The notes beneath the pieces were generated by a model. That model was not told where the DNA came from. It ran no database searches and saw only the letters and a list, made by a program, of their open reading frames with translations. The position numbers were made by a program, and so were the translations under genes. This document shows, piece after piece, positions 29,521 through 37,833 of a DNA stretch of 64,000 nucleotides (position 1 is its first letter; each line of letters starts with the position of its first letter). This stretch comes from Thermoanaerobaculia bacterium (lineage in GTDB: Bacteria; Acidobacteriota; Thermoanaerobaculia; UBA5066). The stretch spans positions 2,240,001 to 2,304,000 of the forward strand of contig CAVRAY010000001.1 of assembly GCA_963719225.1 (NCBI GenBank). Reading direction: 5' to 3'.

Positions 29521-30003
29521 ATGTGGGAGTCGTTCAAGCGCTTCTTCGAGGAGCGCGTTTCGGCCCGCGCCGCCGGAGATACGGAGGCGGGACGGGATCA
29601 CGCGCTGAAGATCGCAGCCTCCGCTCTCCTCTTCGAGGTCGTTCGCGCCGACGGCCATGTGACCGAGGAGGAGCTCACCGTCATGCGTACGGCCATCCAG
29701 GGCACTTTCGGCCTCTCCCGCGAGGAGTCTGAGGAGCTGGTGCGGCTAGGCGAGGCCGAGGCCCGCAAGGCGACGTCGCTCTACGAATTCACGCGTCTCG
29801 TCGACCAGGGCTTTTCGGCCGGCCAGAAGAAACGGGTCGTGGAGCTCCTGTGGCTGATCGCGTTCGCCGACGGAAAGAAGGATCCGGAGGAGGAGCATCT
29901 CGTCCGCAAGATCGCGGGGCTCTTGCACGTCCCCCACCCGGATTACATCGATGCCAAGCTCCGGGCGCGCTCGGAAAGCGGCCTCGAGCCGTCGGGCGGT
30001 TGA
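29521..30003 (+). CDS. TerB family protein
   Basis: ALLFEVVRADG...EE, SLYEFT, LW.IAFADG...EEE..VRKIA.LL. Confidence 0.85.
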   Translation: MWESFKRFFEERVSARAAGDTEAGRDHALKIAASALLFEVVRADGHVTEEELTVMRTAIQGTFGLSREESEELVRLGEAEARKATSLYEFTRLVDQGFSAGQKKRVVELLWLIAFADGKKDPEEEHLVRKIAGLLHVPHPDYIDAKLRARSESGLEPSGG

Positions 30004-30008
30004 CCCTC

Positions 30009-31127
30009 GTGCGCCTCCCCTTCGCTCCGCCGCTCGCGCCGATGCTGTCCAAGGCTGCGGATGCCCTCCCCGGAGGCGAGGGCTGGCAGTTCGAGCCCAA
30101 GTGGGATGGCTTTCGAACGCTGGTTTTTCGCGACGGAGACGACATGCTGTTCCAGAGTCGAGATGAGAAGCCCATGAACCGCTACTTTCCCGACCTTCTC
30201 GGACCGCTGACCGCCGCGCTGCCCGGGCGCTGCGTCGTGGACGGCGAAATCGTCATCGTCGGCCCGGGCGGGCTCGACTTCGAGGCGCTCCTTCTCCGCA
30301 TCCATCCGGCCGCCTCGCGCGTGAAGCTCCTGGCGCAGGAGACGCCGGCATCCTTCGTCGTCTGGGACCTGCTGGCGTTGGGCCACGAGGACCTGCGCGA
30401 GACGCCGCTCGCCATTAGGCGCGAAAAGCTCGAAAAGGCGCTCGCCGGGGCGGGGCCGCGTGTGCATCTCTCGCCCGCCACGCGTGATCGCGTCCTCGCC
30501 GAGGACTGGTTCCGCCGCTTCGAGGGGGCCGGGCTCGACGGGGTGATGGCCAAGCGTCTGGACTCGCCCTACCGCGCGGGGGCGCGCACCATGATCAAGA
30601 TCAAGCACACGCGCACGGCCGACTGTGTCGTCGCCGGCTTCCGCTGGCACAAGGAGGGCAAGGGCACGAGGGTCGGCTCGCTCCTGCTCGGCCTCTACGA
30701 CGACGCGGGCACGCTGCACCATGTTGGCGTCGTGGCGGCATTCACGACCGCGGTCCGCAAACAGCTCGTCGAGGAGTTCGCTTCCCTGCGCAAGAACGCG
30801 TTCGAGGGGCATCCCTGGCGCGGCTGGGCCGACGAGCAGGACGACTCGGCCGTCAAGGGCCAGCGCCTGCCCGGCGCGACGAGCCGGTGGAATCACGGCA
30901 AGGACCTCAGCTGGGAGCCGCTCAGACCCGAGCGCGTGTGCGAGGTCGCGTACGACCACATGCAAGGCACACGCTTCCGACACGCCGCTCAGTTCGTTCG
31001 CTGGAGGCCCGACAAGAGGCCCCGCGACTGTCGCTACGATCAGCTCGAGGTCACGCCGGCTTACGAGCTGGAGCGCGTCTTCGGCGCGACGGCGCGGCGC
31101 GGGGAGGCTCGTCGGCCTGCTTCCTGA
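30009..31127 (+). CDS. ligC: ATP-dependent DNA ligase, LigC type
   Basis: PLAPML, FEPKWDGFR (KxDG), DGEIV, LDGVMAK, ADCVVAGFRWHK, VCEVAYDH, RFRH...RWRPDK. Confidence 0.9.
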   Translation: MRLPFAPPLAPMLSKAADALPGGEGWQFEPKWDGFRTLVFRDGDDMLFQSRDEKPMNRYFPDLLGPLTAALPGRCVVDGEIVIVGPGGLDFEALLLRIHPAASRVKLLAQETPASFVVWDLLALGHEDLRETPLAIRREKLEKALAGAGPRVHLSPATRDRVLAEDWFRRFEGAGLDGVMAKRLDSPYRAGARTMIKIKHTRTADCVVAGFRWHKEGKGTRVGSLLLGLYDDAGTLHHVGVVAAFTTAVRKQLVEEFASLRKNAFEGHPWRGWADEQDDSAVKGQRLPGATSRWNHGKDLSWEPLRPERVCEVAYDHMQGTRFRHAAQFVRWRPDKRPRDCRYDQLEVTPAYELERVFGATARRGEARRPAS

Positions 31128-32076
31128 AATGCGGGGGCCAGGGCGCGTCTCCCTGGCCTTCTCCTTCCTGTACGGCAGACAGCCGGAGCAGCTCGTCGAG
31201 CGATCCCGCGGCGCGATCGATCCCCGCCGATGCATCTCCGCGCTCAGCCAGGCGCGCCGGCGCGGTGGCGAGCGTGAAAGCCGCCGGATCGCAGCCGGCG
31301 ACCTCGTCCCACCGGAGCGGCATGGACACGCGCGCGTCCGACGTGGGCCTCACGGACCAGGCCGAGGCAACCGTGCGGTCCTTCGCGTTCTGGTTGTAGT
31401 CGAGGAAAACGCCATGGCGCTCCTCCTTCCACCACTTGCTCGTGGCGAGGTGCGGCGCGCGCCGCTCGACCTCGCGAGCCAGCGCCAGCGCCGCGCGCCG
31501 CACCTGGTCGAAAGTCCAGCGCCTCTCGATGCGGACGTTGATGTGCATCCCGCGGGAGCCGGACGTCTTGGGCCAGCCGACGAGATTCTTCTCTTCGAGC
31601 ACGTCGCGCACGAGCAGCGTCACGCGCCGGACGTCGTTCCAGCTCACCCCGGGGCCCGGATCCAGATCGACGCGCAGCTCGTCGGGATGGTCGAGGTCGT
31701 CGGCGCGGACGGGGTGCGGGTTGAGGTCGATGCACCCGAGGTTGACGATCCACAGGAGCTGGGCCGCGTCCCGGACGACGATCTCGCGCGCGGTGCGGCC
31801 CGACGGAAAGTGCAGCTCGACGGTCTCGATCCAGTCGGGATGCGTCTCGGGAGCCCGCTTCTGGAAGAACGGCTCGCGATCGGCGCCGTTCACGTAGCGT
31901 TTGAGAACGATCGGCCGCGCCGCAATCCCGCGCAGGGCCGCCTCCGCAACCGCGGCGTAGTACCTCGCCAGATCGAGCTTCGTGTGGCCGGCCCGCGGAA
32001 AGAACACCTTGTCCGGGTTGGTGATGGCCACTTCACGACCGGCGACCTCCAGGACCGTAATGCGCGCCGAGCCCAT
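31051..32076 (-). CDS. Stand-alone primase-polymerase (LigD-Pol / Prim-PolC type)
   Basis: ITNPDKVFFP, TKLDL.RYY, FFQKR, DELRVDLDP, KTSGSRGMH, FLDYNQN.KDRTVASAWSVR. Confidence 0.9.
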   Translation of the reverse strand: MGSARITVLEVAGREVAITNPDKVFFPRAGHTKLDLARYYAAVAEAALRGIAARPIVLKRYVNGADREPFFQKRAPETHPDWIETVELHFPSGRTAREIVVRDAAQLLWIVNLGCIDLNPHPVRADDLDHPDELRVDLDPGPGVSWNDVRRVTLLVRDVLEEKNLVGWPKTSGSRGMHINVRIERRWTFDQVRRAALALAREVERRAPHLATSKWWKEERHGVFLDYNQNAKDRTVASAWSVRPTSDARVSMPLRWDEVAGCDPAAFTLATAPARLAERGDASAGIDRAAGSLDELLRLSAVQEGEGQGDAPWPPHFRKQADEPPRAAPSRRRRAPARKPA

Positions 32077-32097
32077 GGAGGTCGCCCTGCCGGATTC

Positions 32098-32565
32098 CTA
32101 CTTCTTCCCCGCGGCCCCCGCGATCGTGAGCTTGAACCCGTCGGGGTCGGTCAGGGTGAAGTCGCGTACCCCCCAGGGGTCGTCGTGAGGCTCCTCGTCG
32201 AGGGTGCCGCCCTTTGCCTTGATCTTCTTCGCGAGCGCGTCTACGTCCTGCTTCGTCTCGCAGTAGAGGCGGAAGCCCTCGCCCTTCTTCCGGTCGCGGC
32301 CCTTCTTCCAGTCGTCCTGCCCGAGCATGAAGCGGACGTCGCCGGCGCGGACCATGACTCCCGCCAGCTTCCCCTCCTGCTCCCAACGCTCCTCGACTCC
32401 GAACCCGAGGACGTCCCGGTACCAGGCGAGACTCTTCTGGATGTCGCCGACCGTGAAGGAAGGCGACGTCGAGCTCATGCTCAGGCCTTTCACCGGCGCG
32501 GTCTTCGCTTTCCGAGCCGGCTTCTTCCTCGCCGGGGATTTCTTTTTCGAATTCTTGATGGCCAT
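32098..32565 (-). CDS. VOC/glyoxalase family protein with Lys/Ala-rich N-terminal tail
   Basis: VGDIQKSLAWYRDVLGF, PWGVRDF..TDPDG; RBS upstream of ATG 32565. Confidence 0.85.
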   Translation of the reverse strand: MAIKNSKKKSPARKKPARKAKTAPVKGLSMSSTSPSFTVGDIQKSLAWYRDVLGFGVEERWEQEGKLAGVMVRAGDVRFMLGQDDWKKGRDRKKGEGFRLYCETKQDVDALAKKIKAKGGTLDEEPHDDPWGVRDFTLTDPDGFKLTIAGAAGKK

Positions 32566-32575
32566 CTCAACCCTC

Positions 32576-33343
32576 CTATTCACGGTAGATCGCAAACGCC
32601 GCTCCCTGGGGATCCGCGAAGACGGCAAAGCGGCCCATTCCGGGGATGTCCGACGGAGGCACGTGCGTCGTCGCGCCGAGGGAGGCGGCCTTCGCGGCCG
32701 CGGCGTCGCAATCCGCCACGGCGAAGTACGGGAGCCAGTGCGGCGGCGCAGGGACTTCGCTCGGCATCGCCATCATCCCGCCGATCGGCGCCTGGCCGAG
32801 CAGCCACTCGGTGTATGTCATGCCGCCGTCCGAGCCGGTCTTCGCGCCCCAGCCGAAAAGGGCCTTGTAGAACGTCTCGGCGTTCGCCGTGTCGCTCGTG
32901 TTGAGCTGCCCCCAGCAGAACGCACCCGGCTCGTTGTGGATGCCGATGCCCTTGTTTGCCTTCGCCTGCCAGACGCTGATGTGGGCGCCCTGGGGGTCGG
33001 CGAGGACCGCCATGCGGCCGAGGTCCATGACGTCGAACGCCGGCGCCATGACTTTCCCGCCAAGCTCGGCCGTGCGCCGGGCCGACGCGTCGGCGTCCGC
33101 CGTCGCGACGTAGAGCATCCAGTGCGGCGGGACCCCGGGCATCTTCGCGGCATCCAGCGCATAACAGGCGGCGACGTCGCGGCCCTTGAGCGTGAAGGTC
33201 GTGTAGATCATCGGCCCCATGTCGTTGTCCGTGAAGGACCAGCCGAAGAGCTGCGTGTAGAAGTCCTTCGCGGCCTTCTGGTCGGAGGTTCCCAGCTCGA
33301 TCCAGCAGAACGCGCCGGGCGGATGTGACGTGACTTCGGCCAT
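32576..33343 (-). CDS. Tandem-domain VOC family protein
   Basis: PGAFCWIEL.T.D...A..FY..LFGW repeated twice; GRMAVLADPQGA. Confidence 0.9.
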   Translation of the reverse strand: MAEVTSHPPGAFCWIELGTSDQKAAKDFYTQLFGWSFTDNDMGPMIYTTFTLKGRDVAACYALDAAKMPGVPPHWMLYVATADADASARRTAELGGKVMAPAFDVMDLGRMAVLADPQGAHISVWQAKANKGIGIHNEPGAFCWGQLNTSDTANAETFYKALFGWGAKTGSDGGMTYTEWLLGQAPIGGMMAMPSEVPAPPHWLPYFAVADCDAAAAKAASLGATTHVPPSDIPGMGRFAVFADPQGAAFAIYRE

Positions 33344-33430
33344 GGGCGGAGCCTCCTCTTTCAGGGTTCTCGCTCATACGGGAGTCGCCCGCGTCGGATT
33401 TCAGACGTTCGCCGCGAATGACGGAGCGAC

Positions 33431-33467
33431 CTACTTCTCTCCCTACTTTTCTTCCTACTTCTCTTCC
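33431..33467 (-). repeat. Imperfect 12-bp tandem repeat x3 of the VOC gene end (GAAGAGAAGTAG / GAAGAAAAGTAG / GGAGAGAAGTAG)
   Basis: Plus strand ctacttctctcc ctacttttcttc ctacttctcttcc. Confidence 0.75.
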
Positions 33468-33844
33468 AGCACGGAAAGGATGTTCCCGGCGGGATCCTTG
33501 AACCACGCGATCGTCGGTCCGCCGTCGCGGTGAATGCCTTTCTCGTCCGTCTTGATGTCGCCTTCATAGTGCTCGAACCGGACTCCCCGGCTCGAAAGCC
33601 CGTCCACGGCCTTCTCGACGTCGTCGACGGGGAAGTTCAGGATGGTAAATGTTGCGGGCATGTGGTTCGGTTTCGGATAAATCATGACCCCGGGACCGCT
33701 CCCGACGTGCAGCTTCAGAAAGCCGTGCTCGTCGGAGACCTCGAGTCCCAACGTCTTTTCGTAGAACTCTTTCGCCTTCCCGATGTCATTTACGGAAAAT
33801 CCGCTGAACGCCTTCTTTTCTTTGAACATCGTCTCTTTGAACAT
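33455..33844 (-). CDS. VOC/glyoxalase family protein
   Basis: [44 protein letters not shown]; RBS AAGGAG. Confidence 0.9.
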   Translation of the reverse strand: MFKETMFKEKKAFSGFSVNDIGKAKEFYEKTLGLEVSDEHGFLKLHVGSGPGVMIYPKPNHMPATFTILNFPVDDVEKAVDGLSSRGVRFEHYEGDIKTDEKGIHRDGGPTIAWFKDPAGNILSVLEEK

Positions 33845-33848
33845 CGTC
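33819..33848. repeat. Perfect 15-bp tandem duplication TCTTTGAACATCGTC spanning the VOC start codon
   Basis: 33819-33833 equals 33834-33848; gives MFKETMFKE. Confidence 0.85.
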
Positions 33849-33909
33849 GCACTCCTTGTGGCTCGGAGGCCGCCCGGACGGATGGGTGCAAGAGCATGGC
33901 CAGACTCGA

Positions 33910-34296
33910 TCAGATGGGCGTGGCCGTCCTCACCGGGACGAGCGCCTTCAGGCGGCTCTCGCGAAGATAAATGCCGAGCCAGACCAGGATTCCGAGCACG
34001 ATCTGCATGATCGCGTTGTCGCCCACCCGCCACGCCGTACAGATCGTGCCCCCGACATATCCGGTCAGAAGGATCGCGCCCAGGACCGACGTGACCGGAA
34101 TCAGATAGATGACGGCGCATGCGATCTCGAGAATTGCGAGCGGAAGGGTCATCGAGTCCGGCAGTCCCAGGTGTGCCATTCCCTTGGCGAGATCGGGACC
34201 GCCCTTCAGTTTCAGGGCGGCGCTGAACAGGAACAGCAGCGACACGAGAACCGTAATCACCCCGCCGACCCTTGACATCCTGCCGCTCGCCGCCAT
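33910..34296 (-). CDS. DoxX family membrane protein
   Basis: FSAALKL, LEI.C...[24 protein letters not shown]. Confidence 0.85.
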   Translation of the reverse strand: MAASGRMSRVGGVITVLVSLLFLFSAALKLKGGPDLAKGMAHLGLPDSMTLPLAILEIACAVIYLIPVTSVLGAILLTGYVGGTICTAWRVGDNAIMQIVLGILVWLGIYLRESRLKALVPVRTATPI

Positions 34297-34345
34297 CTCG
34301 GCCTCCTTCGAAGTGCGATGCTCTTTTCGGTCGCTCCGTACGCGG

Positions 34346-34765
34346 CTACCGCCTTGCTGCGATCTCCGCGCGCTGGCGCTCCTCCTGCTTCCTGAGCTCG
34401 GGCGTGAGGTTTTCGCCAAAATCCTCGGTCTCGAACACCTGACGAATCTCGATCTCCGTGCCGCCTCCGAAAGGCGCCCTCTTCATCCAGGCGATCGCCT
34501 CTTCCCTCGACTTCACCTGGATCAGCCAGAAGCCGGCGATCAGCTCTTTCGACTCCGTGAAGGGACCGTCGGTCACTGTGGTCTTTCCGCCCGAGAACTT
34601 GATGCGCGCGCCCTTCGACGTCGGGTGCAGACCCTCGCCCGCGAGCATGACTCCCGCCTTCACCATCTCCTCGTTGAACTTCCCCATGTCCTCCAAAATT
34701 TTCTTGTCCGGGAGAGCGCCAGCCTCGGAATTCTTGTCGGCAGGAACTATGACCATGAATCGCAT
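34346..34765 (-). CDS. YciI (DGPF) family protein
   Basis: FNEEMVKAGV.L.GEGL.P, VTDGPFTESKELIAGFW, EIEIRQ. Confidence 0.9.
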   Translation of the reverse strand: MRFMVIVPADKNSEAGALPDKKILEDMGKFNEEMVKAGVMLAGEGLHPTSKGARIKFSGGKTTVTDGPFTESKELIAGFWLIQVKSREEAIAWMKRAPFGGGTEIEIRQVFETEDFGENLTPELRKQEERQRAEIAARR

Positions 34766-34954
34766 CGTCTTATCTCCTTTTGATCTCGGCCTCGAGGGGG
34801 TTGAACCCCGCCTCCACCATGACGACGAACGAGGCTGGGCTAAATCGACACGTGGAAGTTTTTTCTGAGGCCCGGCACTTGCACGAAGAATGCAAGGGCC
34901 GGGCCCCACGCCTCGATAGTGGTCGAAAATGCTCACCGGCCGGAGGCCGACAGG

Positions 34955-35229
34955 ATGAGTCCCGAGGAAGGGTGTCCGCACATTCGGGGAATAGAGCGCG
35001 TGAAGAAGGCGAAGAAGCGCGAGTGTGAAGAGTGCGTGAAGATCGGAAGCGGTGTGGGTGCACCTCCGGACCTGCCAGACCTGCGGCGGCACGCGATGCT
35101 GCGACTCCTCGCCGAACAAGCACGCGAGCGCCACGCACGGAGCATCCGGGCATCCGGTGGTCAGTTCGGCCGAGACCGGCGAGAGATGGCTCTACTGCTA
35201 TCCCCGATGACGCGACCGCGGAGTACTGA
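34955..35229 (+). pseudogene. UBP-type zinc finger protein, frameshifted
   Basis: CPH...CEECVK then, in another frame, WVHLRTCQTCGG..CCDSSPNKHA..H...HPV...GERWLYCY; at least two indels. Confidence 0.75.
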
Positions 35230-36875
35230 TGTCCGCGGCGAGCCCTCCCCCGAGGAGACTTCCCGAAGCTGACCGAAGAACAGCGCGCGCGAATCGCCGC
35301 TCTTCGCGCGGGAGCGGCGGTTCGCCGACGGCGAAGTGCTCTGGGAGCAGGGCGACTGCAACCGCCCGCTCTTCGTCGTCCTCGAGGGCCAGATCACGGT
35401 CCTGTCGGACACGGACCGCTTCGTCACGGCGCACAATCCGGCGGGTTCTAGCGGCGACGTCGACCTGCTTTCGGGCCGCCCCGTGATGGTGAGGGCGCGC
35501 GCGAGGGAGAGACGCGGGTCCTCGAGCTTCCCGCGGAGCGCCTGCGGGCGCTCGTCCAGACCGACCCGGAACTGTCCGAGATCTTCCTGCGCGCCTTCAT
35601 CCTCCGCCGCATCGCGCTCAGGCGCTGGGGCAGGGCAGCATCGTTCTCATCGGCTCGCAGCACTCGGCCGGCACGCTTCTCCTCCAGGAGTTCCTGACGC
35701 GCAACAGCCAGCCCTACACGTACCTCGACGTGGACCGGACCCCGACATGCAGGCGACTCTCGACAGCTTCCACGTCGGCGTGGACGACGTGCCCGTGTTC
35801 ATCTGCCGGGGCGACCGCGTCCTGAAGAAGCCGACCCTCGAGGAGGTGGGCGATTGCCTGGGCTTGAACCGGTTGAAGGAAGGCGCGGTGCAGACGTCGT
35901 GGTGTCGGGGCCGGCCCGGCCGGGCTCGCGGCCGCCGTTTACCGGCGCTTCCGAAGGGCTCGACGTGCTCGTACTCGAAGCAAACGCTCCCGGCGGGCAG
36001 GCTGGCACGAGCTCACGCATCGAAAACTATCTCGGCTTCCCCACGGGGATCTCCGGACAGGAGCTCGCGCAGCCACGCCTTCGTCCAGGCGGAGAAGTTC
36101 GGCGCGGAGTTCGCCGTGACGCGGACGGCGCATGCGGCTCTCGGTGCGAGCAGTCGTCCCTATCGGATCGAGCTCGCGGGGCGGCGTCCGCGTGCGAGGC
36201 GCGCACGGTGGTCATCGCCACCGGTGTCCAGTACCGGAAGCCCGACTGCCCGAACCTCGCGCGCTTCGAAGGGGCTCGGGCATCTATTACGCGGCGACCC
36301 CGATCGAGGCGAAGTTCGTGCGAGGGCGGAGACGTGATCGTCGTCGGGGGAGGGAACTCCGCGGGCCAGGCGGCGGTTTTCCTTTCGGCAAAGTGCGCCG
36401 GGTGCACATGCTCGTTCGGGGCGGGGGCCTCGCCGAGAGCATGTCGCGCTACTTATCCGCCGCATCGAGGAGACGCCGAACATCGAGCTTCTCACACGCA
36501 CCGAGATCGAGGCCCTCGAGGGCGAACGGCCACCTCGAGCGTGTGACGTGGGGCGACGCCGCCGGCTCGCGACCACGACCGCCGACGTGCGGCACGTCTT
36601 TCTGATGACCGGCGCCGACCCGAACACGGCCTGGCTCCGGGGCTGCGTCGCGCTCGACGAGAAGGGCTTCGTGAAAACCGGGCAGGACCTCACGCCCGGC
36701 GACCTCGCCGCCGCGAAATGGCCCGTCGCCCGCCCGCCGCTCCTATTCGAGACGAACCAGCCGGGTGTCTTCGCCGTCGGCGACGTGCGCGCCAACGAGC
36801 GTCAAGCGCGTCGCCGCGGCCGTGGGCGAAGGCTCCGTCTGCGTCCAGCTCGTCCACAGCGTCCTCGCGGAGTAG
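35229..36875 (+). pseudogene. cNMP-binding domain + thioredoxin-reductase-like FAD oxidoreductase, multiply frameshifted
   Basis: Pieces in different frames: LWEQGD..FVVLEG, EFLTRN.QPY, GGQAGTSSRIENYLGFPTGISG, VIATGVQY, VVGGGNSAGQAA, ETNQPGVFAVGDVR, VKRVAAAVGEGSV. Confidence 0.8.
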
Positions 36876-36891
36876 GAAGAGGAGTCTTGCA

Positions 36892-37593
36892 ATGACATTC
36901 TCGGACAAGGTGGCCCTGGTGGCGGGCGGGACGGGAGGGCTGGGGCGCGAGGTGAGCCTCGCGTTCCTGGAGGAAGGCGCCACGGTCGGCGTCACTTACC
37001 GCAAGCAGGAAGAGTTCGCCGACCTGAAGGCCGCGGCGGGCGCGGATGGTGCCCGGCTCGAGGGACACGAAGTTGACGTCACGAACGAGGAAGCGGTCCG
37101 GGGGCTCGTCGACTCGATTCGGGGCCGCCACGGGCGGATCGACGTCCTCGTGAATGCGGTCGGCGCCTACGCGGGCGGGATGCCGCTCTGGGAGCAGGAC
37201 CCGGCGACTCTCGACCGGATGCTGAACGCGAACCTTCGCTCGGGCTGGGCGCTCCTCCGCGCGGCGGTCCCTGTGATGCTCTCGCAGGGGAGCGGCGCGA
37301 TCGTGAACGTGGCCTCCACGGCCGCGCTCGAACACGGGGCCGGAAACTCGGCCTATGCCGCCTCGAAGGCGGCGACCGTGGCCCTCGTGGATTCGCTGGC
37401 CGCAGATCTGAAGGGCACCACGGTGAGGGTGAATTCGATTCTCCCCAGCATCATCGACACGGAGGCGAACCGGAAGGCGATGCCGAAGGCCGACTTCTCG
37501 AAGTGGCCGAAACCCGAGGAGATCGCCCGCGTCGTCCTCTTCCTCGCCAGCGACGACGCGAAGCTCGTTCGCGGCGCGGCCATTCGCGTGTGA
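36892..37593 (+). CDS. Short-chain dehydrogenase/reductase
   Basis: AGGTGGLG, LVNAVG, YAASK, RVNSILP.IIDT. Confidence 0.9.
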   Translation: MTFSDKVALVAGGTGGLGREVSLAFLEEGATVGVTYRKQEEFADLKAAAGADGARLEGHEVDVTNEEAVRGLVDSIRGRHGRIDVLVNAVGAYAGGMPLWEQDPATLDRMLNANLRSGWALLRAAVPVMLSQGSGAIVNVASTAALEHGAGNSAYAASKAATVALVDSLAADLKGTTVRVNSILPSIIDTEANRKAMPKADFSKWPKPEEIARVVLFLASDDAKLVRGAAIRV

Positions 37594-37596
37594 GAC

Positions 37597-37818
37597 CGCT
37601 CGCTCTCCCCGACGTGAAAGACGACGCCATGCTTCTCCTGGAGGCTCTTCACGAGCTTCCCGACCTCCCGCCCGAGCACCTTCTCGAACGGAGGCTCCGG
37701 CGCGACGACGTCCACCGCCACGCCACGCTCCCGCAGTGAGGCCGCCGCCTCGAGCATCCTCGGCCAGAACGCCCGCCGTGAGGTCCGGACCCCGGAGCTC
37801 GCCTTCCGCGTTCGCCAT
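37597..37818 (-). pseudogene. Deletion remnant of a Rieske/FAD-dependent (AIF/ferredoxin reductase-like) oxidoreductase
   Basis: N-terminus MANAEGELRGPDLTAGV joined out of frame to an internal segment LEAAASLRERGVAVDVVAPE.PFEKVLG.EVG...HGVVFH. Confidence 0.6.
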
Positions 37819-37833
37819 TCCGATTGCCTTCTA

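Noticed and set aside
35229-36875. Programmed frameshifting or recoding in the TrxB-like gene
   Set aside because: Too many scattered indels without slippery-site structure; sequencing error or decay is more parsimonious.
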